From: Tolypothrix carrinoi HA7290-LM1
GTDB taxonomy: Bacteria; Cyanobacteriota; Cyanobacteriia; Cyanobacteriales; Nostocaceae
Direction of reading: 5' to 3'
NCBI GenBank assembly: GCA_019358935.1
Contig: JAHHIK010000077.1
Location: forward strand, 1-40,679
Length of the DNA: 40,679 nt
A program made the translations under genes and the position numbers. Numbering within the stretch: the first letter of the stretch is position 1; every line of letters starts with the position of its first letter. Under the pieces are notes generated by a model. It ran no database searches and had not been told where the DNA came from. It worked only from the letters and a program-made list of their open reading frames with translations. Positions 9,211 to 19,019 of this stretch are shown here, in pieces.

Positions 9211-10852
9211 ATTTTCATCCCAATTTTGCTACGCCAGAGAATAGCCTAAATGGCTACATCAATTAACTGAAATCGACTTATCCAGAAATTAACTTTTATG
9301 AGCTTACATTGTCTGGTTTTAGCTTAATTTACGAAAATGTCATATTGTTGTATACGTAGACAAGGCAGTATCTTGCTTTCGTAGTTTGTTACCAAAATCG
9401 CATCCGCCACTAAGTAATATATTGGGGGCATTAAGAAGAGCGTTATCGCAAAGTCTCAATCAACTTTATCCTAAGTTTGTATTAGATAAAAAAATGTGCC
9501 CAAAAGCGCGTTCCCAAAAAACCTAAATATCAATCAGAACGAAACGCCGATGAAAGTAAAAATTACAAACTTGTTTTTCACTTTCGCAAAATTTCTTGAT
9601 TTTGTCAACTTAATTATTCTCTATAACCCTCAAACTAAAATGTCGTCGAAAATACTAAACGTATTTTTTGCAGTCTTCATTTAATGACAATAAATATTTA
9701 ATTTTGATGATTGGCATCTGTAAATAATCTGCTTGCTTTTCCCATTGTAATTGATTCATCAACTTCTCAATCTCCAATAGCCGTCCTAGAAATATAGCAA
9801 TTATTCAGAAATATTATGTTTATTGTGTACTATCAACAAATTCCTAATTGTTTGATAAATAACTTTTTAAACTTGTAAGTTTATTTTTATTTAAACTTGA
9901 TGATACTCGACTTAATTATGATGTTGTTTTAAAAATATCGACTGGTGAGTATGCATGATTTGGGTGTATTCATTGAATCTTTATATTAATTTACGAAAAG
10001 TTGTTATTTATTTTTTAATCTAGATAAAATAGATGGATAACCCAAAAATGGCAGAATTATCTGATTATAAATACAAGTTGTAAATTATACTTATGTGTTC
10101 TATTTTGTCCCAAATTGACATCAGGAAAAATCTATTTATTTTCTAAAATTATCCAAAACGAACTATTCAGTTTATTCAAGCTGTGCTAGTGTTTGTATTA
10201 ATTCAAATGCTTCAAAGCGGTGAGGCGCATAAGTTACTTTCTGAAAATATCAAAAGTAAGAATTACTAAAAAAAGCCTCATTGCCATCACCGAAGCGATA
10301 GTTTTATTGTTTTTCCGACTCTTAGATAAACCCCGATTAAAGGTGATGTTTTTTGTAACGTAATTGTCAACTTTTTGAAGGCGAGTTCTATAAAATGTAT
10401 TATCCGGGACGTTGAAACTGGCTATGACATTTATCAATCATAAGAACGTGGTTATTAACACCAGCTACGTTGCTGCAATTGAGCTAGATAATCAAACCAG
10501 GTCTGGAAAAAATGCGTTTATGTCCTAATAGCTACTACTAAGTTTTCACTCTTTTTATTCATTAGTCAAGCAGAAGGGGCACTGCAATTAGGCTTAGACC
10601 GATTTCAACAATGTAATCGACATAACAACACAATATCATTCATTCTATTGCTGTATAGTTTTGTTGCGGCATCGCCTGTTGTGTTATGTAGTGTTGCTAA
10701 TCGATAAAAGCATTTAGCGCGAACACTTCTGAGGATAGCGATCGCCCTTGGCGGCGGCTTCCGCTGCTTAGAAGAGATAGTTCCTGCATTGGTAGGCAAT
10801 AGAAATTGCTGTAGCTTCACACTCCACAGTACTAAGAATCAGGCTACCTCCT
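9211..10852. promoter_or_regulatory. AT-rich 1.64-kb divergent promoter region between hgdB and hglE, with a candidate NtcA-like site TGTAATCGACATAACA at 10612-10627
   Basis: No convincing ORF. TGT-N10-ACA with one mismatch to GTA-N8-TAC; its spacing to TATAGT (10654) is non-canonical. Confidence 0.45.
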
Positions 10853-13800
10853 ATGTCTGCTTATTCAATTGATACTGCACTTCAGCAGTTGAAAGACCAG
10901 ATAAACAATTGTGAACTGGCTGTGCTTAAGGTTATAGAGGAGAAAAAAATGAAGTCGGAAAATAAAATGTCAATCAACAAAATTAACAGACAACTTCAAC
11001 ACAATCCTATAGCCATTATTGGCATGGCTTCTCTTTTTCCGCAATCGCGAAATTTACAAGAATACTGGGATAATATCGTTAATAAAATTGACTGTATCAC
11101 CGATGTTCCTGCCTCACACTGGAACATAGATGAATACTACGACCCAGACCCCAGAACAACCAAAGATAAAACTTACTGCAAACGAGGCGGATTCATTCCC
11201 GAAGTTGATTTTAACCCGATGGAATTCGGATTGCCTCCTAACATTTTAGAAGTTACAGATGTTTCTCAACTGCTAAGTTTAGTCATTGCCAAAGAAGCAA
11301 TGGAAGATGCCAACTACAGCGAACTTCGCGAGTTTAATCGCGAGAACGTCGGTGTAGTTTTAGGTGTCGCACAAGGCGGACAATTAGCAATGCCACTAGC
11401 AGCCAGACTGCAATATCCGGTTTGGGAAAAAGTATTAAAAAGCAGCGGTTTATCTGATGAAGATACTCAAAAAATCGTCGATAAAATCAAAAGCGCTTAC
11501 GTAAATTGGAACGAAAACGCCTTTCCCGGCATGTTAGGTAATGTAGTCGCCGGCAGAATTGCCAACCGTCTCAACTTTGGCGGGATAAATTGCGTAGTTG
11601 ATGCTGCTTGTGCGAGTTCATTCGGTGCTTTAAAACTGGCAATTAGCGAGTTGACAGAACATCGCAGCGACATGATGCTAACTGGTGGAGTTGACTTAGA
11701 TAACTCCGTCATGGCTTATATATCTTTCAGCAAAACACCGGCAGTTTCTCCTGGTGATAAAGTCAAACCTTTCGATGCTAAATCGGATGGGATGATGCTA
11801 GGTGAAGGTGTCGGCATGATTTTGCTCAAACGGCTGGAAGATGCTGAACGAGACAATGACAAAATCTATGCAGTCATTAAAGGTATCGGCACATCCAGCG
11901 ATGGACGGTATAAAAGCATTTATGCACCGCGTCTAGAAGGGCAGGTAAAAGCCTTAGAACGTGCTTATGAAGATGCCGGCTTTGCACCCGAAAGCATCGG
12001 TTTGGTGGAAGCGCACGGTACAGGTACAATGGCAGGCGACCCCACCGAATTCTCATCTTTGAGAGAGTTTTTTGGTGAAGACAAAAGACAGCATATCGCC
12101 CTTGGTAGCGTCAAGTCGCAAATTGGACACACCAAAGCAGCAGCGGGTGCAGCAAGTTTAATTAAAACGGCTTTAGCGCTACATCACAAAATATTGCCCC
12201 CGACAATCAACATTACCGAACCGAACCCGAAACTAAATATCAAAAATTCCGCATTCTATTTGAATACCGAAACTAGACCTTGGATTCGCGCAGAAGGTGA
12301 ACCGCCAAGACGTGCCGGTGTCAGTTCTTTCGGCTTTGGTGGGACAAATTATCACGTTGTTTTAGAAGAACATACAGCCGACCACAATCGCGCTTACCGC
12401 GTACACAATACGCCGAGTGAGGTGGTGCTGTTCGCAGAAACTCACGCGCAACTGGTGAGTAAATGTGAAGAGATTTTAGGTAACTTGCGCTTACCTGATG
12501 CGGACAAACATTATGCAGCACTAATTGCAGAGTGCAAATCTACAGAAATTCCTTTAAATGCGCCTAGAGTCGGATTTGTTGTTGATTCTCTGACTCAAGC
12601 TGCCAAATTACTCCAAATTAGTCTCGATTGTCTGAGAAATCGCGCTTCATCTCCAGCTTGGGAACATCCCCAAGGAGTATATTACCGCGCTTCTGGTCTT
12701 AACCTCAAAGGCAAAGTCGTCTCTCTATTCTCTGGACAAGGTTCTCAATACCTAGAAATGGGTCGAGAACTGGCGATGAATTTCCCCAGCTTGCGGCGTC
12801 TTTATGGCTACATGGATAGTCTGTTACTCAAAGACAATTTGCAGCCACTTTCAGAAATCGTGTTTCCTCAACCGGCATTTGAGGAATCAGAGAAAAATGC
12901 TCAAGTTGCCGCATTGCAACGCACAGAATATGCTCAACCAGCAATTGGGGTGTTGAGCGCAGGTATGTATAAAATCTTGCAAGAAGCCGGGTTTGAGTCA
13001 GATTTCGTTGCCGGACACAGCTTTGGAGAACTGACCGCTTTATGGGCTGCGGGGGTTGTCAGTGAGGAAGATTACCTATATCTAGTAAAAGCTAGAGGAC
13101 AGGCAATGGCGGCTCCGCAAGACCCCGATCATGATGCGGGAGCGATGCTGGCTGTCAAAGAAGATATCAGTAAGGTGTCAGCGGTTTTAAAGCACTTTCC
13201 CCAAGTGACGATCGCTAATCTAAATTCCCCGAATCAAGTTGTCTTAGCCGGATTGACGACCGAAATCAACAAAGTGCGGCAAGCTTTGCAGGAAAAAGGT
13301 TATGCGGCTGTTTTGCTACCTGTCTCTGCTGCTTTCCACACACCACTGATTGCCTTTGCTCAAAAATCCTTTGCGATCGCTAGCAAAACTGTCAGCTTCC
13401 ACAGTCCGCAAATACCTGTTTATACGAATGTGACAGGTAAGCAGTATCCTCAAGAACCGCAAGCAATTCACCAAGTTTTGGAATCTCACCTCAGCAAATC
13501 GGTGCTGTTTAAGCAGGAGATTGAAAATATCTATGCTGCGGGTGGTTACTGCTTTGTGGAGTTCGGACCGAGGAGAATTCTTTCTAACTTGGTGAAAGAT
13601 ATTTTAGGCGATCGCCCGCATTTAGCGATCGCTTTGAATCCCAGCGCTCAAAAAGATAGCGATCGTTCTTTGCGAGAAGCTGTTGTACAGTTGCGCGTCG
13701 CTGGTTTGTCTCTCTTAAACCTCGACCCCTACCAACTTACACCGCAAGTTCCCCCAACCCAGAAAAACAAAGCGCTAAATGTCCGGTTAAACGGCACCAA

Positions 13801-16339
13801 CTATCGCTCTGAAAAAACGAAAAACGCCTTTACTGCCGCTTTGCAAGACGGACATCAAGTAACATTACCCGTCAGCCAATCTGAAGATAATGCGCTTGTG
13901 GTTCCCGTCTTTACCACTGAAGAAGGAGTGGAAGTGAAGTTAGAAGTGACTACTCCCACACCAGCAGTCATCAAAAGCAACGGACACAACAAAAACGCTG
14001 TTATCGATACCTTTGCGGTGAGTGATATTACCACACAAGAAACTCCTGAGATCCAACCTGCGCCTATCGATACCTCTGCGCTGAGTGATATTACCACACA
14101 AGAAACTCCTGAGATCCAACCTGCGCCATCTCATCAATTAGTTCTGGAGTCGCATATGCCCAAGCCAGAAAAACCTTTAAATTACCAACAGGTTTTAGAA
14201 AGTTTAGAGTTCCTCCTGACACAGTTTCAACAAAATCAAAGCGAAAATTTACAAGTTCACGGAACTTATCTAAATCATCAGATGGAATATGCGAAAACAT
14301 TTTTCCAACTGATGCAACAGCAGAATTCTGTGTTTGCTGGTAACTCTTCACAATCAGCGGCAGAACTTCTACCAGTTCTCAAAGCTAGTTTAGAGCGTAG
14401 CATGATGCAGTTTCACTCTCAACAAGGTGAAACCCTACGCATTCATGAGCAGTATCTCAAGGAACAGGTAGAGTATACCAAGAGCTTTTTTCAACTCATA
14501 CAGCAAGAGTATGCTCAGTTGGTAGGGACTGAAGTTAGCATCAATCCGCAGCCTATTGTAGAAGTACCCGCAGCCAAGGTTGTAGAAACAGCACCGCAAC
14601 CTGTTGTGGAAGTACCCGCAGCCAAGGTTGTAGAAACAGCACCTCAGCCTGTTGTGGAAGCACCCACAGCCAAGATTGTAGAAACACCACCGCAGCCCGT
14701 AGTCGAGGCACCCGTTGTTATTATCCCGGTAACACCACCGCAGCCTGTAGTTGAAGCACCGGCAATCACCGTCAAGGTAATAGAAACACCTCAGCCTGTA
14801 GTCGAAACACCCGCAGTCACCGCCAAGGTTGTAGAAACACCACCACAGCCTATTGTCGAAGCACCCGCAGTCAACGTTAATGTAGCAATCAGCACACAAT
14901 CTACATTAGCAACTACTTCTGATGCGACGGTAAACTTGACTGAGTTGGGTAACAACCTTTTAGCCATTACCAGCGATAAAACAGGCTACCCAGTCGAGAT
15001 GCTGGAAATGGATATGGATATGGAGGCTGACTTAGGAATTGACTCGATTAAGCGGGTAGAAATCCTCGGTGCGTTGCAGGAAATGTATCCTGACTTACCT
15101 AAGCCAAATCTTGAAGAATTAGCAGAAAAACGCACTATCGGTCAAATTGTCGAATATCTGCAATCTCATGCTTCGCAAAAAGTTTCCGTAGAAATAGCTA
15201 TTCAAGAAGTACAAACAGCTACGGAAGTTCCGGCAATTGTTATTCCTCAGCCAGTAGTTACAGAAATCGAAATCACAAAAACAGTTGAAACAATCGATGC
15301 ATCAACAGCTAGTGAGATTGCAGACTTGGGTGCAACTTTGTTAGCCATCACAAGTGATAAAACCGGCTATCCAGTAGAGATGTTAGAACTCGACATGGAT
15401 ATGGAAGCTGACTTGGGGATTGACTCGATTAAACGGGTAGAAATCTTGGGTGCGATGCAAGAAATGTATCCCGATTTACCCAAGCCGAATGTAGAAGAAT
15501 TGGGAGATTTACGCACCATCGGTCAAATTGTCGATTATCTCCAGAAGCTGGTTGGAGGTGAAAAAAAAAAGTTTCAGTATGAGTCAGACGAGGAATTAGA
15601 CAACGTTAAACATAATGTGCAACGTCGTCCCGTCCAACTGAAAATTCTGCCCCCACCCGATTCTTTAGACTTCGATTTACCAGAGGGACACATCTGTTTA
15701 ATTACCGATGATGGTTCCCTCACTACTTCTCAAGTGGCTGAATTACTGATAGAAAAAGGCTGGAAAGTGGTTGTATTAAGTTTCCCTCAATCGGTTGTTT
15801 TCCAAACAGCGCTTTTACCAGCAGGAGTGATTAATGTCAAGTTGTTGGATTTAACAGAGGAACATTTGCAACAACAATTGAGTGCGATCGCTCTTAATTA
15901 TGGTACGATTGGAGCCTTCATTCATCTCAATCCAGCCTTTCAAGTCAGCCACAACGGGAAAATTCCTTATCTTGCAGAAGAAAAGGCGATCGTTAAACAC
16001 GTTTTTCTGATAGCAAAACATCTGAAAAAATCCCTAAATGAAGCCGCACGTTATGGACGCAGTTTGTTCTGCACTACTGCGCGTCTTGATGGAGCATTTG
16101 GACTGGAACACAAAGTAAATTATGGTCCCATCAGTGCCGGTTTATTTGGATTAACCAAAACCTTGAAATGGGAATGGCAAAAAGTATTTTGTCGAGCAAT
16201 TGACTTACATCCAGCTATTAGCGCTCAAGAGTCAGCACAACATATCATAGCCGAACTTCACGACCCGAATAATTGTATTAGTGAAGTTGGATATGGTTCG
16301 CAAGGTAGAGTAACTATCGTCAGCGTTGCGAATTGTTAG
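10853..16339 (+). CDS. hglE: PfaA-like iterative type I PKS HglE (KS-AT-ACP-ACP) fused to a C-terminal HglF-like (KR structural) domain
   Basis: KS motifs DAACASS, HGTGT and GHTK; AT motifs GHSFG and AFH; two LGIDSIKRVEI ACPs. Alternative start at ATG 10949 has a strong SD (AGAGGAG). Confidence 0.92.
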   Translation: MSAYSIDTALQQLKDQINNCELAVLKVIEEKKMKSENKMSINKINRQLQHNPIAIIGMASLFPQSRNLQEYWDNIVNKIDCITDVPASHWNIDEYYDPDPRTTKDKTYCKRGGFIPEVDFNPMEFGLPPNILEVTDVSQLLSLVIAKEAMEDANYSELREFNRENVGVVLGVAQGGQLAMPLAARLQYPVWEKVLKSSGLSDEDTQKIVDKIKSAYVNWNENAFPGMLGNVVAGRIANRLNFGGINCVVDAACASSFGALKLAISELTEHRSDMMLTGGVDLDNSVMAYISFSKTPAVSPGDKVKPFDAKSDGMMLGEGVGMILLKRLEDAERDNDKIYAVIKGIGTSSDGRYKSIYAPRLEGQVKALERAYEDAGFAPESIGLVEAHGTGTMAGDPTEFSSLREFFGEDKRQHIALGSVKSQIGHTKAAAGAASLIKTALALHHKILPPTINITEPNPKLNIKNSAFYLNTETRPWIRAEGEPPRRAGVSSFGFGGTNYHVVLEEHTADHNRAYRVHNTPSEVVLFAETHAQLVSKCEEILGNLRLPDADKHYAALIAECKSTEIPLNAPRVGFVVDSLTQAAKLLQISLDCLRNRASSPAWEHPQGVYYRASGLNLKGKVVSLFSGQGSQYLEMGRELAMNFPSLRRLYGYMDSLLLKDNLQPLSEIVFPQPAFEESEKNAQVAALQRTEYAQPAIGVLSAGMYKILQEAGFESDFVAGHSFGELTALWAAGVVSEEDYLYLVKARGQAMAAPQDPDHDAGAMLAVKEDISKVSAVLKHFPQVTIANLNSPNQVVLAGLTTEINKVRQALQEKGYAAVLLPVSAAFHTPLIAFAQKSFAIASKTVSFHSPQIPVYTNVTGKQYPQEPQAIHQVLESHLSKSVLFKQEIENIYAAGGYCFVEFGPRRILSNLVKDILGDRPHLAIALNPSAQKDSDRSLREAVVQLRVAGLSLLNLDPYQLTPQVPPTQKNKALNVRLNGTNYRSEKTKNAFTAALQDGHQVTLPVSQSEDNALVVPVFTTEEGVEVKLEVTTPTPAVIKSNGHNKNAVIDTFAVSDITTQETPEIQPAPIDTSALSDITTQETPEIQPAPSHQLVLESHMPKPEKPLNYQQVLESLEFLLTQFQQNQSENLQVHGTYLNHQMEYAKTFFQLMQQQNSVFAGNSSQSAAELLPVLKASLERSMMQFHSQQGETLRIHEQYLKEQVEYTKSFFQLIQQEYAQLVGTEVSINPQPIVEVPAAKVVETAPQPVVEVPAAKVVETAPQPVVEAPTAKIVETPPQPVVEAPVVIIPVTPPQPVVEAPAITVKVIETPQPVVETPAVTAKVVETPPQPIVEAPAVNVNVAISTQSTLATTSDATVNLTELGNNLLAITSDKTGYPVEMLEMDMDMEADLGIDSIKRVEILGALQEMYPDLPKPNLEELAEKRTIGQIVEYLQSHASQKVSVEIAIQEVQTATEVPAIVIPQPVVTEIEITKTVETIDASTASEIADLGATLLAITSDKTGYPVEMLELDMDMEADLGIDSIKRVEILGAMQEMYPDLPKPNVEELGDLRTIGQIVDYLQKLVGGEKKKFQYESDEELDNVKHNVQRRPVQLKILPPPDSLDFDLPEGHICLITDDGSLTTSQVAELLIEKGWKVVVLSFPQSVVFQTALLPAGVINVKLLDLTEEHLQQQLSAIALNYGTIGAFIHLNPAFQVSHNGKIPYLAEEKAIVKHVFLIAKHLKKSLNEAARYGRSLFCTTARLDGAFGLEHKVNYGPISAGLFGLTKTLKWEWQKVFCRAIDLHPAISAQESAQHIIAELHDPNNCISEVGYGSQGRVTIVSVANC
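14003..14128 (+). repeat. Tandem 63-bp in-frame duplication in the HglE linker
   Basis: IDTFAVSDITTQETPEIQPAP / IDTSALSDITTQETPEIQPAP. Confidence 0.93.
14546..14885 (+). repeat. Seven Pro/Val-rich 16-18 aa repeats (PQPVVE.P..KVVET.) before ACP1
   Basis: Visible in both DNA (48-54 bp period) and protein. Confidence 0.9.
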
Positions 16340-16593
16340 TGGGTGGTGGATAGTTGTTAGTGGATAGTTGTTAGTGGATAGTTGTTAGTGGATAGTTGTT
16401 ATTGGTTAATACAACACCCAACAGCTAACCACTATCAACCAATAACCATCAACCAATAACCATCAACCAATAACCATCAACCAATAACCATCAACCAATA
16501 ACCATCAACCAATAACCATCAACCAATAACCATCAACTAACCACCATCAACCAACAACTATCAACTAACCACCATCAACCAACAACTAACAAT
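16340..16593. repeat. Opposed 14-bp STRR arrays (GTGGATAGTTGTTA)n and (CCATCAACCAATAA)n
   Basis: Direct inspection. Confidence 0.93.
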
Positions 16594-16599
16594 AAATTT

Positions 16600-18333
16600 A
16601 TGACAACACAAACACAAAATTCTACAACATCAGTTTTTTTAGTTAGTGGTGGTGCTAGAGGGATTACAGCGCAGTGCGTTATTAAATTAGCGCAGCATCA
16701 ACCTGGGAAGTTTATATTACTTGGTCGGAGTGCGATCGCTCAATCTGAGCCTGACTTTGCTCAAGATTGTTTTGAAGAACCTGTACTGAAAAAACGCATC
16801 ATGGAAAATCTTCTTTCTCAAGGAGAGAAGCCCACACCCATGAGTGTGCAAAAGATTTATAACAACATCATTTCCAGCCGAGAAATCAAAGAGACAATTT
16901 CCAGCATTGAAAAGGCAGGAAGCACGGCAGAATATATCAGCGTCGATGTTACAGATCCTATCGCCTTACAAGAGAAAATCGCCGCTGTTGTCAAGCGTAC
17001 AGGTGCTATTACTGGCATTATACATGGTGCTGGTAATTTAGCTGATAAGTTGATTGAAAAGAAAACTGAGCAGGATTTTGAAAAGGTTTACACGGCAAAA
17101 GTTAAGGGGTTAGAAAATCTTTTAGCTTGCGTGCATCCGAGTCAACTGCAACATTTAGTTTTGTTTTCTTCCGTAGCTGGTTTTTATGGGAATATTGGAC
17201 AAACTGATTATGCGATCGCTAACGAAATCCTCAACAAATCGGCTCATCTAATTAAACAAAAATATCCCGCTTGTCACGTCGTCGCTATCAATTGGGGTGG
17301 TTGGGATAGCGGAATGGTGACACCAGAACTGAAAAAAGCCTTTGCCGAAAGAGGAATTGATATTATTCCCGTAGAAGTCGGCACGAAAATGTTAGTTAAA
17401 GAACTCAATGCTATTAATCGCGCTACCACACAAGTTGTCATCGGTAGTCCAATTACTCCACCACCAGCAGAGTTAGATTCCGAATTACGAACCTATCGAA
17501 TTCGTCGCAAAATGACACTAGAAGCTAATCCCTTTTTAGTGGATCATACAATCGCTGGTTCTCAAGTTTTGCCAGCAACTTGCGCGATGTCATGGATGAT
17601 TAACGCTTGTGAAGAACTGTATCCTGGTTATACATATAACAGTTGTCGAGAATTTAAAGTATTGAAAGGAATTACCTTCAATCAAACTTTAGCGAGTGAA
17701 CATATTCTAGAACTGCAAGAAGTTGCTAAAGTTGGCTCTCAAAGCATCGAATTTCAAGCTACAATTTTGAGTAAAACTCCCGAAGGAAAAACTCACTATC
17801 ATTTCAAAGCTTTCGTTACTCTTCTGCGAGAAATGCCAGCCGTTCCTATCTATGATGGACTTAATCTGGAAGAAGATAACATCATTACCACCACTGGTAA
17901 AGCATTTTATCAAAATGGAGATTCCACATTATTTCACGGACCAGCCTTTCAGCAAATCACCAGAGTTTTAAACATCAATTCCGAAAAAATTACTGTAGAA
18001 TGTCTTTGGCAAAACATCACAGAACAACAACAAGGACAGTTTCCAGTTCGCTGGCACAATCCTTACACAACTGACTTAAGTACACAATCCTTATGGATTT
18101 GGTTAAGCCATTTACATCAAGAAGTTTGTTTACCCGGACAGTTAACTCATTCCGAACAATTTGCAGTCACACCATGCAACGAACCATTTTATGTTTCGTG
18201 CGAAATCGAAGGAAAAACCCAAACCAGCGTAACAGCTAACTTTATTTTACACAGTCGCCAAGGTGAAATTTACTCACGCATTATGGGAGCAAAAGCCGTA
18301 ATTTGGCCCATGCAATTATCCAAGCGTAAGTAA
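16600..18333 (+). CDS. hglG: HglG: ketoreductase plus dehydratase
   Basis: VSGGARGIT, HGAGNLAD and YAIAN (KR); FLVDHTIAGSQVLP and LFHGPAFQ (DH). Confidence 0.88.
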   Translation: MTTQTQNSTTSVFLVSGGARGITAQCVIKLAQHQPGKFILLGRSAIAQSEPDFAQDCFEEPVLKKRIMENLLSQGEKPTPMSVQKIYNNIISSREIKETISSIEKAGSTAEYISVDVTDPIALQEKIAAVVKRTGAITGIIHGAGNLADKLIEKKTEQDFEKVYTAKVKGLENLLACVHPSQLQHLVLFSSVAGFYGNIGQTDYAIANEILNKSAHLIKQKYPACHVVAINWGGWDSGMVTPELKKAFAERGIDIIPVEVGTKMLVKELNAINRATTQVVIGSPITPPPAELDSELRTYRIRRKMTLEANPFLVDHTIAGSQVLPATCAMSWMINACEELYPGYTYNSCREFKVLKGITFNQTLASEHILELQEVAKVGSQSIEFQATILSKTPEGKTHYHFKAFVTLLREMPAVPIYDGLNLEEDNIITTTGKAFYQNGDSTLFHGPAFQQITRVLNINSEKITVECLWQNITEQQQGQFPVRWHNPYTTDLSTQSLWIWLSHLHQEVCLPGQLTHSEQFAVTPCNEPFYVSCEIEGKTQTSVTANFILHSRQGEIYSRIMGAKAVIWPMQLSKRK

Positions 18334-18438
18334 TACGATTTTGGATTTTAGATTTTGGATTTTGGATTGTGAAATGGTGATTGCATCCCTGTTTCAACAG
18401 ATAATCTTCAAGATTCTATTTTCGCTTTTGGTATAATT

Positions 18439-18502
18439 TTCGTAATGAGCGCAAAGAGCGCTATTAGCGGAGCTTTCCCGTAGGGTAGCGCTCACTACGA
18501 AT
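18439..18502. repeat. TTCGTAATGAGCGC...GCGCTCACTACGAA palindromic repeat
   Basis: Same family as 1542-1719 and 27188-27240. Confidence 0.7.
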
Positions 18503-18694
18503 TCCTCATTTTTTACTTTCTTCCCACATCTTTCTCTGCGTTCTCTGCGTCTCTGCGGTTTTTTAATCAGTATTTCTTAAGTGGGAAACGAGTAACATTA
18601 CTTCCAGTCCGACAACAGCGTAAATCCTGATAAATCCTTTTCAGTTTGGGGAATAGCGTAAATCCTTTCAAGTTCGGGGATTCAATAATTACTG

Positions 18695-18962
18695 ATACCA
18701 AGTTGCATAAACGTAAAAAAGTTATCCTCAGCAAGTGAAGCAGGGTTATTTCATTCTTATCTGGCTTGCCTGGGGTTATAAACCCCAGGCTAATAGCTCA
18801 AGTCCTCTGAAGAGGACTATTAAAAATTTTCAGTCCACTTAAGTGGACTTTAGCTATTAGCCCAGAACTTAAGTTCTGGGTGGGTTATGCCAAGAATGAA
18901 ATAGCCCTGGCAATTGAAGCGTATACGCTTTGAGAATGACATCTTTACTCGCAACTTGGTAT
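18695..18962. mobile_element. Outer MITE with 12-bp TIR, containing a nested 169-bp MITE
   Basis: ATACCAAGTTGC (18695-18706) and GCAACTTGGTAT (18951-18962). Confidence 0.75.
18741..18909. mobile_element. Inner MITE: 18-bp TIR, 10-bp target-site duplication, several internal palindromes
   Basis: CAGGGTTATTTCATTCTT/AAGAATGAAATAGCCCTG (1 mismatch); flanks GCAAGTGAAG/GCAATTGAAG. Confidence 0.82.
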
Positions 18963-19019
18963 AAGACAATTCAATTTTGATTGACCCCCTTTTGCTAAAC
19001 CCAAACGAGGATATCAGCA

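Noticed and set aside
10403..10408. TCCGGG as a heterocyst DIF1 (TCCGGA) motif
   Set aside because: One mismatch and no well-spaced -10 box.
14435..14899. Cys-rich antisense ORF (154 aa)
   Set aside because: Shadow of the PQPVVE repeats of hglE.
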